Below, one piece after another: positions 37,059 to 50,016 of a DNA stretch of 64,000 bases (position 1 is the stretch's first letter; each line of letters begins with the position of its first letter). A program made the position numbers and the translations under genes. Source of the DNA: Chiloscyllium plagiosum (lineage: Eukaryota); the NCBI RefSeq assembly GCF_004010195.1, contig NC_057757.1, positions 4,312,314 through 4,376,313 on the forward strand, given 5' to 3'. The notes beneath the pieces were generated by a model. The model was not told the DNA's origin. It saw nothing but the letters and a program-made list of their open reading frames with translations, and ran no database searches.

Positions 37059-40000
37059 CTGTGGAACAAACAGATTGGTGTTAATTCAAAACCTACATCG
37101 AGTCATACAGCACAGAACAGACCCTTCAGCCCAACCAGTCCATGCCGACCATAATTCCAAACTGAACCAGTCCCACCTGCCTGCTCCTGGCCCGTTTCTC
37201 TCCAAACCTTTCCTATTCATGGATTTATCTCAGTGTCATTTCAATGTTGCAACTGTTCCAGCATCCACCACTTCCTCAGGAAGTTCATTCCACACATGAT
37301 CCACCCTCTGTGCAAAAAAGGTTACCCCTCGTATCTTTGTGGAGAAAGTGAGGACTGCAGATACTGGAGATCAAAGCTGAAAATGTGTTGCTGGAAAGGC
37401 GCAGCAGGTCAGGCAGCATCCAGGGAACAGGAGAAGAAGGGCTTATGCCCAAAACGTTGATTCTCCTGTTCCCTGGATGCTGCCTGACCTGCTGCGCTTT
37501 TCCAGCAACACATTTTCAGCTCTACCCCTCGTATCTGCGTGTCTGCGTGGGTTTCCTCCGGGTGCTCCGGTTTCCTCCCACAGTCCAAAGATGTGCAGGT
37601 AAAGTGAATTGGCCATGCTAAATTGCCCATAGTGTTAGATAAGGGGTAAATGTAGGGGTATGGGTGGGTTGTGCTTTGGCGGGTCGGTGTGGACTTGTTG
37701 GGCCGAAGGGCCTGTTTCCACACTGTCATGTAATCTAATCTAAACCTCTGCAAGGGCACCTCTCAATCTCTTCTGCTCTAGTGAAGAAAGGCCCAGCCTA
37801 TCCAGCCTTTCACACGACAATTACTGTTCCATTGGGAATTTCACAGATCGTGGTTTGGGGATGTTCGCTTAAAAGGAAATGAACATCACAGTTCAAACTC
37901 AATTTATACATTTCTCCTTTGTTAATGAGATACTCAGCACGTGAGTGAAGTACCTATCAAAACTATATGCCTGTCTATCAGTTTATCTATCTATCTATCT
38001 ATTTAACTGTCTGCCTATCTATCTATCTGCCTGTCTACCTATATGTCCAACTATCTGTCTGTCGACATATGTATGTATGTACAGTTTTTCGGAAAATGAT
38101 TTATGCTTTCCTCTTCAGTCTGACTCCATTTCACCTTCATAATATCCCAATTGATCACATTTATCAACATTTTTATGAAGCACTGAAGAATGAAGAATGG
38201 ATGTTGAGATTGCCTCAGAAAAGATGTAATGCAGATGTTAAGTGACTGATTGTAAAACAGGAGCTTGGTCCGAGATGTCCTGAGATTTTATATCCACTTT
38301 AGGACAGCAAGTGGATAATTTTCAGTATGTTCTGGTTAATGCTCACGTCTCAGGGCAGTACAGAGCTGTGTAACAGAGAAATATTGCAAACACAGCCTGG
38401 TTAATGCTGACATCTCAGGGCAGGACAGAACTGAGTAACAGAGAAACATTACAAACCCAGCCTGGTTAATGCTCACATCTCAGGGCAGGACAGAGCTGCG
38501 TAGCAGAGGAAAATTACAAACACAGCCTGGTTAATGTTCACATCTCAGGGCAGGACAGAGCTGAGTAACAGAGAGACATTACAAATACAGCCTGGTTAAT
38601 GTTCACATCTCAGGGCAGGACAGAGCTGAGTAACAGAGAGACATTGCAAACACAGCCCGGTTAATGCTCACATCTCAGCGCAGGACAGAGCTGAGTAACA
38701 GAGAAACAGTACAAACACAGCTTGCTTAATGCTCACATCTTAGGGAAGGACAGGCTGGAGTAGCTCAGAACCTCCTTTGCTCGAGTTTAATAATCTGATT
38801 AATTTCCCCCTGGGTATGGACACGTACAGCAGGTCGCTTGAAATATCTTGCTTTAAGGAATACACCCACCCCACTCGATATTGGAACAATCTTGGATAAC
38901 AGTATTAATGACTCTCGCCCATATTGTCTGCTGTCTTTATTGTACATTGCACACAGCAAGAACTTCCTTTCTATGGGATTTCCGCAGTTACCATCAGAAT
39001 AATGTGCTCAGTGTCCCTGAAGTGTTTTAAGAGACACAGATCAGGAGGTCAGAGTCTGAGATCTCTCAGGAAGGAGCTGATATGGGGAGTTGATGCCATG
39101 ATTCCTATTGACAGCTGAATGTCTCAACCAGCAGCAACGTTTGGCACCAGGGCCATTGACTGCTTTAAGTTAGGAAAAGGCAGATTGGTGTCATATTATA
39201 GTCAATTCTCAGCCACTGGTACCAAGAACAGAACATTGATGCCCTGGGCACTGTATCTGGGGAGTTGTGTCACCATGGGGACAGTCAGGCTGCAGTATAT
39301 GGATATGTGTCTATCTCTCACCCACATGCTCAGTCTCTCTTATTGGTGATAGAGAATGAGAACTCTTAGATTAAAGATATTACCTCCATATCCGGGACCA
39401 TAACCTGTGGAATAAACAGATTGTTGTTAATTCAAAACCTGCATCGGGTCATACAGCACAGAACAGTCCTTTCAGCCCAACCAGTCCATGCCGACCATAA
39501 TTCCAAACTAAACCAGTCCCACCTGCCTGCTCCTGGCCCGTTTCTCTCCAAACCTTTCCTATTCATGGATTTATCTCAGTGTCATTTCAATGTTGCAACT
39601 GTTCCAGCATCCACCACTTCCTCAGGAAGTTCATTCCACACATGATCCACCCTCTGTGCAAAAAAGGTTACCCCTCGTATCTGTTTTAAAGCTCTTAAAG
39701 ATGTGCCGCCTAGTCTTGACATCCCCCATCCGATGGAAAATACACATATCACGAACTCTGTCTGTAGCCCTCACTCACTTTATAGACCTCTGCAAGGGCA
39801 CCTCTCAATCTCCTCTGCTCCAGTGGAGAAAGGCCCAGCCTATCCAGCCTTTCACACAACACTTACTGTTCCATTGGGAATTTCACAGATCGTGGTTTGG
39901 GGATGTTCGCTTAAAAGGAAATGAACATCACAGTTCAAACTCAATTTATACATTTCTCCTTTGTTAATGAGATAATCAGCATGTGAGTGAAATACCTATG

Positions 40001-43000
40001 TAACTATTTGCCTGTCTGTCGGTCTATCTATCTATTTAACTATCTACCTATCTATCTATCTGTCTATCTATCTGCCTGTCTGCCTGTCTACCTATGAGTC
40101 CATCTATCTGTCTGGCTATGTATCTATGTATGTATGTGTAGGCTTTAGGAAAATGACTTATGCTTTCCTCTTCAGTCTGACTCCATTTCACCTTTATAAT
40201 ATTCCAGTGGATCACATTTATTGACATTTTTATGAAACACTGAAGAATGAAGAATGGATGTTGAGATTGCTTCAGAAAAGATTTAATGCAGATGTTAAGT
40301 GACTGATTGTAAAACGTGAGCTTGGTGCGAGATATCTTGTGATTTTATATCCATTTTAGGACAGCAAGGATGCTCAATTTTGAATCTGATCGGGTTCAGG
40401 CTCACATCTCAGGGCAGGACAGAGCTGAGTAACAGAGAGACATTGCAAACACAGACTGGTTAATGCTCACATCTCAGGGCAGCACAGAGCTGAAGAACAG
40501 AGGGACATTGCAAACGCAGCCTGGTTAATGCTCACATCTCAGGGCAGGACAGAGCTGAGTAACAGAGAGACTTTGCAAACACAGCCTGTTTAATGCTCAC
40601 ATCTCAGGACAGGACAGATCTGAGTAACAGCGAAACACTGCAAACACAGCCTGTTTAATGCTCACATCTCAGGACAGGACAGAGCTGAGTAACAGAAACA
40701 TTGCAAACACAGCCTGGTTGATACTGACATCTCAAGGCTGCACTTGCTGTAGTACCTCAGTGGCCAGCGTTTAATAATCTGATCAATTTCCCCCTGGGTA
40801 TGGACACGTACCGCAGGTCGATTAAATATCTTGCTTTAAGGATTACACCCACCCCACTCGATATTGGAACAGTCTTGGATAACAGTATTAATGATTCTCG
40901 CCCATTTTGTTTGCTGTCTTTATTGTACTTTGCACACAGCAAGAACAGCCTTTCTATGGGATTTCCGCTGTCACAATCAGAATAATGCGTTCAGTGTCTC
41001 TGTTGTGTTTTCAGAGACACAGATCAGGAGGTTAGAGTCTGAGATCTCTCAGGAAGGAGCTGATATGGGAAGTTGACGCCACGATCCCTAGTGACAGCTG
41101 ATTGTCTCAACCAGCAGCAACGTTTGGCCCCAGGCCCATTGACTGCTTTAGGTTAGGAAACGGCAGATTGTTGTCATATTATAGTCAATTCTCAGCCACT
41201 GGTACCAAGAACAGAACATTGATGCCCTGGGCACTGTATCTGGGGAGTTGTGTCACCATGGAGACAGTCAGGGTGCAGGATATAGATATGTGTCTATCTC
41301 TCGCCCACATGCTCAGTCTCTCTATCCTTATTGCTGATAGAGAATGAGAACTCTTAGATTAAAGATATTACCTCCATGTCCGGGACCATAACCTGTGGAA
41401 CAAACAGATTGGTGTCAATTCAAAACCTGCATCGAGTCATACAGCACAGAACAGACCCTTCGGCCCAACCAGTCCATCCCGACCATAATCCCAAACTAAA
41501 CCACTCCCTCCTGCCTGCTCCTGGCCCGTTCCTCTCCAAACGTTTCCTAATCATGGATTCATCTCAGTGTCATTTCAATGTTGCAACTGTTCCAGCATCC
41601 ACCACTTCCTCAGGAAGTTCATTCCACACATGATTCACCCTCTGTGCAAAAAAGGTTACCCCTCGTATCTGTTTTAAAGCTCTTAAAATTGTGCCGCCTC
41701 GTCTTGACATCCACCATCCGAGGGAAAATACACAACTCTGTCTATAGCCCTCACTCACTTTATAGACCTCTGCAACGGCACCTCTCAATCTCCTCTGCTC
41801 CAGTGAAGAAAGGCCCAGCCTATCCAGCCTTTCACACGACAATTACTGTTCCATTGGGAATTTCACAGATCGTGGTTTGGGGATGTTCACTTAAAAGGAA
41901 ATGAACATCACAGTTCAAACTCAATTTATACATTTCTCCTTTGTTAATGAGATAATCAGCACGTGAGTGAAATCCTATCTAACTATATGCCTGTCTGTCG
42001 GTCTATCTATCTACCTATCTATCTATTTAACTATCTACCTATCTATCTAACTGTCTATCTATCTGCCTGTCTGCCTGTCTACCTATGAGTCCATCTATCT
42101 GTCTGGCTATGTATCTATGTATGTATGTATAGGCTTTAGGAAAATGATTTATGCTTTCCTCTTCAGTCTGACTCCATTTCACCTTTATAATATTCTAGTG
42201 GATCACATTTATTGACATTTTTATGAAACACTGAAGGATGAAGAATGGATGTTGAGATTGCTTCAGAAAAGATTTAATGCAGATGTTAAGTGACTGATTG
42301 TAAAACATGAGCTTGGTGCGAGATGTCCTGAGATTTTATATCCACTTTAGGACAGCAAGGTAGGACAATTTTGAATCTGATCGGGTTCAGGCTCACATCA
42401 CAGAGCAGGACAGAGCTGAAGAACAGAGAGACATTGCAAACACAGCCTGGTTAATGCTGACATCTCAGGACAGGACAGAGCTGAGTAACAGAGAGACATT
42501 GCAAACACAGCCTGGTTAATGCTCACATCTCAGGGCAGGACAGAACTGAGTAACAGAGAAACATTGCAAACGCAGCCTGTTTAATGCTCACATCTCAGGG
42601 CAGGACAGAACTGAGTAACAGAGAAACATTGCAAACACAGCCAGTTTAATGCTCACATCACAGGACAGGAGAGAGCTGAGTAACAGAGAAACACTGCATA
42701 CACAGCCTGTTTAATGCTCACATCTTAGGACAGGACAGAGCTGAGTAACAGAAACATTGCAAACACAGTCTGGTTAATGCTGACATCTCAGGGAAGGACA
42801 GGCTGTAGTAACTCAGTAGCCAGCATTTAATAATCTGATCAATTTCCCCTTGGGTATGGACACGTAAGCAGGTCGATTAAATATCTTGCTTTAAGGATTA
42901 CACCCACCCCACTCGATATTGGAACAATCTTGGATAACAGTATTAATGACTCTCGCCCATTTTGTTTGCTGTCTTTATTGTACTTTGCACACAGCAAGAA

Positions 43001-44060
43001 CGACCTTTCTGTGGGATTTCCGCTGTCACCATCAGAATAATGTGCTCAGTGTCCCTGTTGTGTTTTCAGAGACACAGATCAGGAGGTTAGAGTCTGAGAT
43101 CTCTCAGGAAGGAGCTGATATGGGGAGTTGATGCCATGATCCCTATTGACAGCTGAATGTCTCAACCAGCAGCAACGTTTGCCCCCAGGCCCATTGACTG
43201 CTTTAGGTTAGGAAAAGGCAGATTGTTGTCAGATTATAGTCAATTCTCAGCCACTGGTACCAAGAACAGAACATTGATGCCCTGGGCACTGTATCTGGGG
43301 AGTTGTGTCGCCATGGGGACAGTCAGGGTGCAGGATATAGATATGTGTCTATCTCTCACCCACATGCTCAGTCTCTCTTATTGCTAATAGAGAATGAGAT
43401 CTCTTAGATTAAAGATATTACCTCCATGTTCGCCACGGTAACCTGTGGAACAAACAGATTGGTGTCAATTCAAAACCTGCATCGAGTCATACAGCACAGA
43501 ACAGACCCTTCGGCCCAACCAGTCCATGCCGACCATAATCCCAAACTAAACCAGTCCCACCTGCCTGCTCCTGGCCCGTTTCTCTCCAAACCTTTCCTAA
43601 TCATGGATTCATCTCAGTGTCATTTCAATGTTGCAACTGTTCCAGCATCCACCACTTCCTCAGGAAGTTCATTCCACACATGATCCACACTCTGTGCAAA
43701 AAAGGTTACCCCTCGTATCTGTTTTAAAGCTCTTAAAAATGTGCCGCCTTGTCTTGACACCCCCCATCCGAGGGAAAATACACAACTCTGTCTATAGCCC
43801 TCACTCACTTTATAGATCTCTGCAAGGGCACCTCTCAATCTCCTCTGCTCCAGTGAAGAAAGGCCCAGCCGATCCAGCCTTTCACACGACAATTACTGTT
43901 CCATTGGGAATTTCACAGATCATGGTTTGGGAATGTTCGCTTAAAAGGAAATGAACATCACAGTTGGAACTCAATTTATACACTTCTCCTTTGTTAATGA
44001 GATAATCAGCACGTCAGTGAAATACCTATCTAACTATATGCCTGTCTGTCGGTCTATCTC

Positions 44061-44148
<88 letters not shown>

Positions 44149-47100
44149 CCTGTCTGCCTGTCTACCGATGTGTCCATCTATCTGTCTATGTATCTATGTG
44201 TGTATAGGCTTTAGGAAAATGATTTATGCTTTCCTCTTCAGTCTGACTCCATTTCACCTTTATAATATTCCAGTGAATCACATTTATTGACATTTTTATG
44301 AAACACTGAAGGATGAAGAATGGATGTTAAGATTGCTTCAGAAAAGATTTAATGCAGATGTTAAGTGACTGATTGTAAAACCTGAGCTTTGTGCGAGATG
44401 TCCTGAGATTTTATATCCATTTTAGGACAGCAAGGATGTTCAATTTTCAATCTGATCGGGTTCAGGCTCACATCTCAGGGCAGGACAGAGCTGAAGAACA
44501 GAGAGACATTGCAAACACAGCCTGGTTAATGCTGACATCTCAGGGCAGGACAGAACTGAGGAACAGAGAAACACTGCAAACGCAGCCTGTTTAATTTTCA
44601 CATCTCAGGACAGGACAGAGCTGAGTAACAGAGAAACACTGCAAACACAGTGTGTTTAATGCTCACATCTCAGGACAGGACAGAGCTGAGTAACAGAGAA
44701 ACATGCACAAACACAATCTGGTTAATGCTGACATCTCAGGGAAGGACAGGCTGTAGTAACTCAGTAGTCAGCATTTAATATTCTGATCAATTTCCCCCTG
44801 GGTATGGACACGTAAGCAGTTCGATTAAATATCTTGCTTTAAGGATTACACCCACCCCACTCAATATTGGAACAATCTTGGATAACAGTATTAATGACTC
44901 TCGCCCATTTTGTCTGCTGTCTTTATTGTACATTGCACACAGCAAGAACGACCTTTCTATGGGATTTCCGCTGTCACCATCAGAATAATGTGCTCAGTGT
45001 CCCTGTTGCGTATTCAGAGACAATGATCAGGAGGTTAGAGTCTGAGATCTCTCAGGAAGGAGCTGATATGGGGAGTTGACGCCACGATCCCTATTGACAG
45101 CTGAATGTCTCAACCAGCAGCAACGTTTGCCCCCAGGCCCATTGACTGCTTTAGGTTAGGAAAAGGCAGATTGTTGTCATATTATAGTCAATTCTCAGCC
45201 ACTGGTACCAAGAACAGAACATTGATGCCCTGGGCACTGTATCTGGGGAGTTGTGTCACCATGGAGACAGTCAGGGTGCAGGATATAGATATGTGTCTAT
45301 CTCTCACCCACATGCTCAGTCTCTCTTATTGCTGATAGAGAATGAGAACTCTTAGATTAAAGATATTACCTCCATGTCTGGGACCATAACCTGTGGAATA
45401 AACAGATTGGTGTCAATTCAAAACCTGCATCGAGTCATACAGCACAGAACAGACCCTTCGGCCCAACCAATCCATGCCGACCATAATCCCAAACTAAACC
45501 AGTCCTACCTGCCTGCTCCTGGCCCATTTCTCTCCAAACCTTTCCTATTCATGGATTTATCTCAGTGTCATTTCAATGTTGCAACTGTTCCAGCATCCAC
45601 CACTTCCTCAGGAATTTCATTCCACACATGATCCACACTCTGTGCAAAAAAGGTTACCCCTCGTACCTGTTTTAAAGCTCTTAAAAATGTGCCGCCTAGT
45701 ATTGACACACCCCATATTAGGGAAAATACACATAACATTAACTCTGTCTATAGCCCTCACTCACTTTATAGACCTCTGCAAGGGCACCTCTCAATCTCCT
45801 CTGCTCCAGTGAAGAAAGGCCCAGCCTATCCAGCCTTTCACACGACACTTACTGTTCCATTGGGAATTTCACAGATCGTGGTTTGGGGATGTTTGCTTAA
45901 AAGGAAATGAACATCACAGTTCAAACTCAATTTATACATTTCTCCTTTGTTAATGAGATCATCAGCACGTGAGTGAAATACCTATCTAACTATATGCCTG
46001 TCTGTCGGTCTATCTATCTATCTATCTATTTAACTATCTACCTATCTATCTATCTGTCTATCTATCTGCCTGTCTGCCTGTCGGCCATTGAGTCCATCTA
46101 TCGGTCTGACTATGTATCTATGTATGTATGTATAGGCTTTAGGAAAATGATTTATGCTTTTCTCTTCAGTCTGACTCCATTTCACCTTTATAATATTCCA
46201 GTGGATCACATTTATTGACATTTTTATGAAACACTGAAGGATGAAGAATGGATGTTGAGATTGCTTCAGAAAAGATTTAATGCAGATGTTAAGTGACTGA
46301 TTGTAAAACGTGAGCTTGGTGCGAGATGTCCTGAGATTTTATATCCACTTTAGGACAGCAAGGATGTTCAATTTTGAATCTGATCGGGTTCAGGCTCACA
46401 TCTCAGGACAGGACAGAGCTGAGTAACAGAAACATTGCAAACACAGTCTGGTTAATACTGACATCTCAGGGCAGGACAGGCTGTAGTAACTCAGTGGCCA
46501 GCGTTCAATAATCTGATCAATTTTCCCCTGGGTATGGACACGTACAGCAGGTCGATTAAATATCTTGCTTTAAGGATTACACCCACCCCACTCGATATTG
46601 GAACAATCTTGGATAACAGTATTAATGACTCTCGTCCATTTTGTCTGCTGTCTTTATTGTACTTTGCACACAGCAAGAACGACCTTTCTATGGGATTTCC
46701 ACTGTCACCATCAGAATAATGTGCTCAGTGTCTCTGTTGTGTTTTCAGAGACACAGATCAGGAGGTNNNNNNNNNNNNNNNNNNNNNNNNNNNNNNNNNN
46801 NNNNNNNNNNNNNNNNNNNNNNNNNNNNNNNNNNNNNNNNNNNNNNNNNNNNNNNNNNNNNNNNNNNNNNNNNNNNNNNNNNNNNNNNNNNNNNNNNNNN
46901 NNNNNNNNNNNNNNNNNNNNNNNNNNNNNNNNNNNNNNNNNNNNNNNNNNNNNNNNNNNNNNNNNNNNNNNNNNNNNNNNNNNNNNNNNNNNNNNNNNNN
47001 NNNNNNNNNNNNNNNNNNNNNNNNNNNNNNNNNNNNNNNNNNNNNNNNNNNNNNNNNNNNNNNNNNNNNNNNNNNNNNNNNNNNNNNNNNNNNNNNNNNN

Positions 47101-48147
47101 NNNNNNNNNNNNNNNNNNNNNNNNNNNNNNNNNNNNNNNNNNNNNNNNNNNNNNNNNNNNNNNNNNNNNNNNNNNNNNNNNNNNNNNNNNNNNNNNNNNN
47201 NNNNNNNNNNNNNNNNNNNNNNNNNNNNNNNNNNNNNNNNNNNNNNNNNNNNNNNNNNNNNNNNNNNNNNNNNNNNNNNNNNNNNNNNNNNNNNNNNNNN
47301 NNNNNNNNNNNNNNNNNNNNNNNNNNNTTATAGTCAATTCTCAGCCACTGGTACCAAGAACAGAACATTGATGCCCTGGGCACTGTATCTGGGGAGTTGT
47401 GTCACCATGGAGACAGTCAGGGTGCAGGATATAGATATGTGTCTATCTCTCACCCACATGCTCAGTCTCTCTTATTGCTGATAGAGAATGAGAACTCTTA
47501 GATTAAAGATATTACCTCCATGTCCGCCATGGTAACCTGTGGAACAAACAGATTGGTGTCAATTCAAAACCTGCATCGAGTCATACAGCACGGAACAGAC
47601 CCTTCGGCCCAATCAGTCCATGCCGACCATAATCCCAAACTAAACCAGTCCCACCTGCCTGCTCCTGGCCCGTTTCTCTCCAAACCTTTCCTACTCATGG
47701 ATTCATCTCAGTGTCATTTCAATGTTGCAACTGTTCCAGCATCCACCACTTCCTCAGGAAGTTCATTCCACACATGATCCACACTCTGTGCAAAAAAGGT
47801 TACCCCTCGTATCTGTTTTAAAGCTCTTAAAAATGTGCCGCCTCGTCTTGACATCCCCCATCCGAGGGAAAATACACAACTCTGTCTATAGCCCTCACTC
47901 ACTTTATAGATCTCTGCAAGGGCACCTCTCAATCTCCTCTGCTCCAGTGAAGAAAGGCCCAGCCTATCCAGCCTTTCACACGACAATTACTGTTCCATTG
48001 GGAATTTCACAGATTGTGGGTTGGGGATGTTTGCTTAAAAGGAAATGAACATCACAGTTGAAACTCAATTTATACATTTCTCCTTTGTTAATGAGATAAT
48101 CAGCACGTGAGTGAAATACCTATCTAACTATATGCTTGTCTGTCTGC

Positions 48148-48203
<56 letters not shown>

Positions 48204-49962
48204 TTAACTATCTACCTATCTATCTGTCTGTCTATCTATCTGCCTGTCTGCCTGTCTACCTATGAGTCCATCTATCTATCTGACTATGTATCTATGTATG
48301 TGTGTATAGGCTTTAGGAAAATGATTTATGCTTTCCTCTTCAGTCTGACTCCATTTCACCTTTATAATATTCTAGTGGATCACATTTATTGACATTTTTA
48401 TGAAACACTGAAGGATGAAGAATGGATGTTAAGATCGCTTCAGAAAAGATTTAATGCAGATGTTAAGTGACTGATTGTAAAACGTGAGCTTGGTGCGAGA
48501 TGTCCTGAGGTTTTATATCCATTTTAGGACAGCAAGGATGTTCAATTTTCAATCTGATCAGGTTCAGGCTCACATCTCAGGGCAGGACAGAGCTGAAGAA
48601 CAGAGAGACATTGCAAACACAGTCTGGTTAATGCTCACATCTCAGGGCAGGACAGAGTTGAGTAACAGAGAAACATTACAAACACAGCCTGGTTAATGCT
48701 CACATCTCAGGAAAGGACAGGCTGTAGTAACTCAGTAGCCAGCATTTAGTAATCTGATCTATTTCCCCCTACAGCACGTACAGCAGGTCCGATTAAATAT
48801 CTTGCTTTAAGGAATACACCCACCTCACTCGATATTGGAACAATCTTGGATAACAGTATTAATGACTCTCGCCCATTTTGTCTGCTGTCTTTATTGTACA
48901 TTGCACACAGAAAGAACGACCTTTCTATGGGACTTCCGCTGTCACCATCAGAATAATGTGCTCAGTGTCCCTGTTGTGTTTTCAGAGACACAGATCAGGA
49001 GGTTAGAGTCTGAGATCTCTCAGGAAGGAGCTGATATGGGGAGTTGATGCCACGATCCCTATTGACAGCTGAATGTCTCAACCAGCAGCAACGTTTGCCC
49101 CCAGGCCCATTGACTGCTTTAGGTTAGGAAACGGCAGATTGTTGTCATATTATAGTCAATTCTCAGCCACTGGTACCAAGAACAGAACATTGATGCCCTG
49201 GGCACTGAATCTGGGGAGTTGTGTCACCATGGAGACAGTCAGGGTGCAGGATATGGATATGTGTCTATCTCTCACCCACATTCTCAGTTTCTCTATCCTT
49301 ATTGCTGATAGAGAATGAGATATCTTAGATTAAAGATATCCACCATCATGACCTGTAGAACAAACAGATTGGTGTCACTTCAAAACCTACATAGAGTCAT
49401 ACAGCATGGAAACAGACCATTCAGCCCTACTAGTCTGTGCTGACCATAATCCCACATTAGACTAGTCCCAGCTGCCTACTCCTGGCCCATATCCCTCCCG
49501 ACCTCTCCCATTCCGGCACTGATCTAAGTGGCATTTAAACATTGTTACATTACCCATACTCACCACTTCCTCAGGAGATTCATTCAACAGTCCAACCACT
49601 CTGCGTAAAAGATAATTTGTCCCTCCTATCTTTTTAAAATCTTTCTCCTCTTTCCTCAAGAAACATGTCCCCGTCTTGAAACCAGCTCCCCCCCCCCATT
49701 CCAGGGAAAATACACACGGCATTAACTCTATCTATAGTTAATCATTTTATAAACCTCTATAAGGTCACCTCTCATCCTCCTGCACTGCAGTGAAAAAAGT
49801 CCCAGTCTATCCAGCCTTTCACACGACAATTACTGTTCAATTTGGAACTTGACAGATTGTGGGTTGGGGATGTTCACTCAAAAGGAAATGAACATCACAG
49901 TTCAAACTCATTGTGTTGAGGATATTCTCAAATCATCAGTGAAATATCTATCTGACTGACTG

Positions 49963-50016
<54 letters not shown>

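Noticed and set aside
38332..38755. 65-bp minisatellite as a CRISPR array or a microexon array (minus strand ctcag|19 nt|gtgagc)
   Set aside because: No unique spacers and the context is eukaryotic; a 19-nt exon breaks frame and 46-nt introns are too short.
36535..49318. Recurrent ORFs MEQSWITV..., MSQPAATF..., MLQLFQHP... as a tandem gene family
   Set aside because: They recur only because the unit is duplicated, vary in stop and frame, and partly are antisense CR1; there are no domain features.
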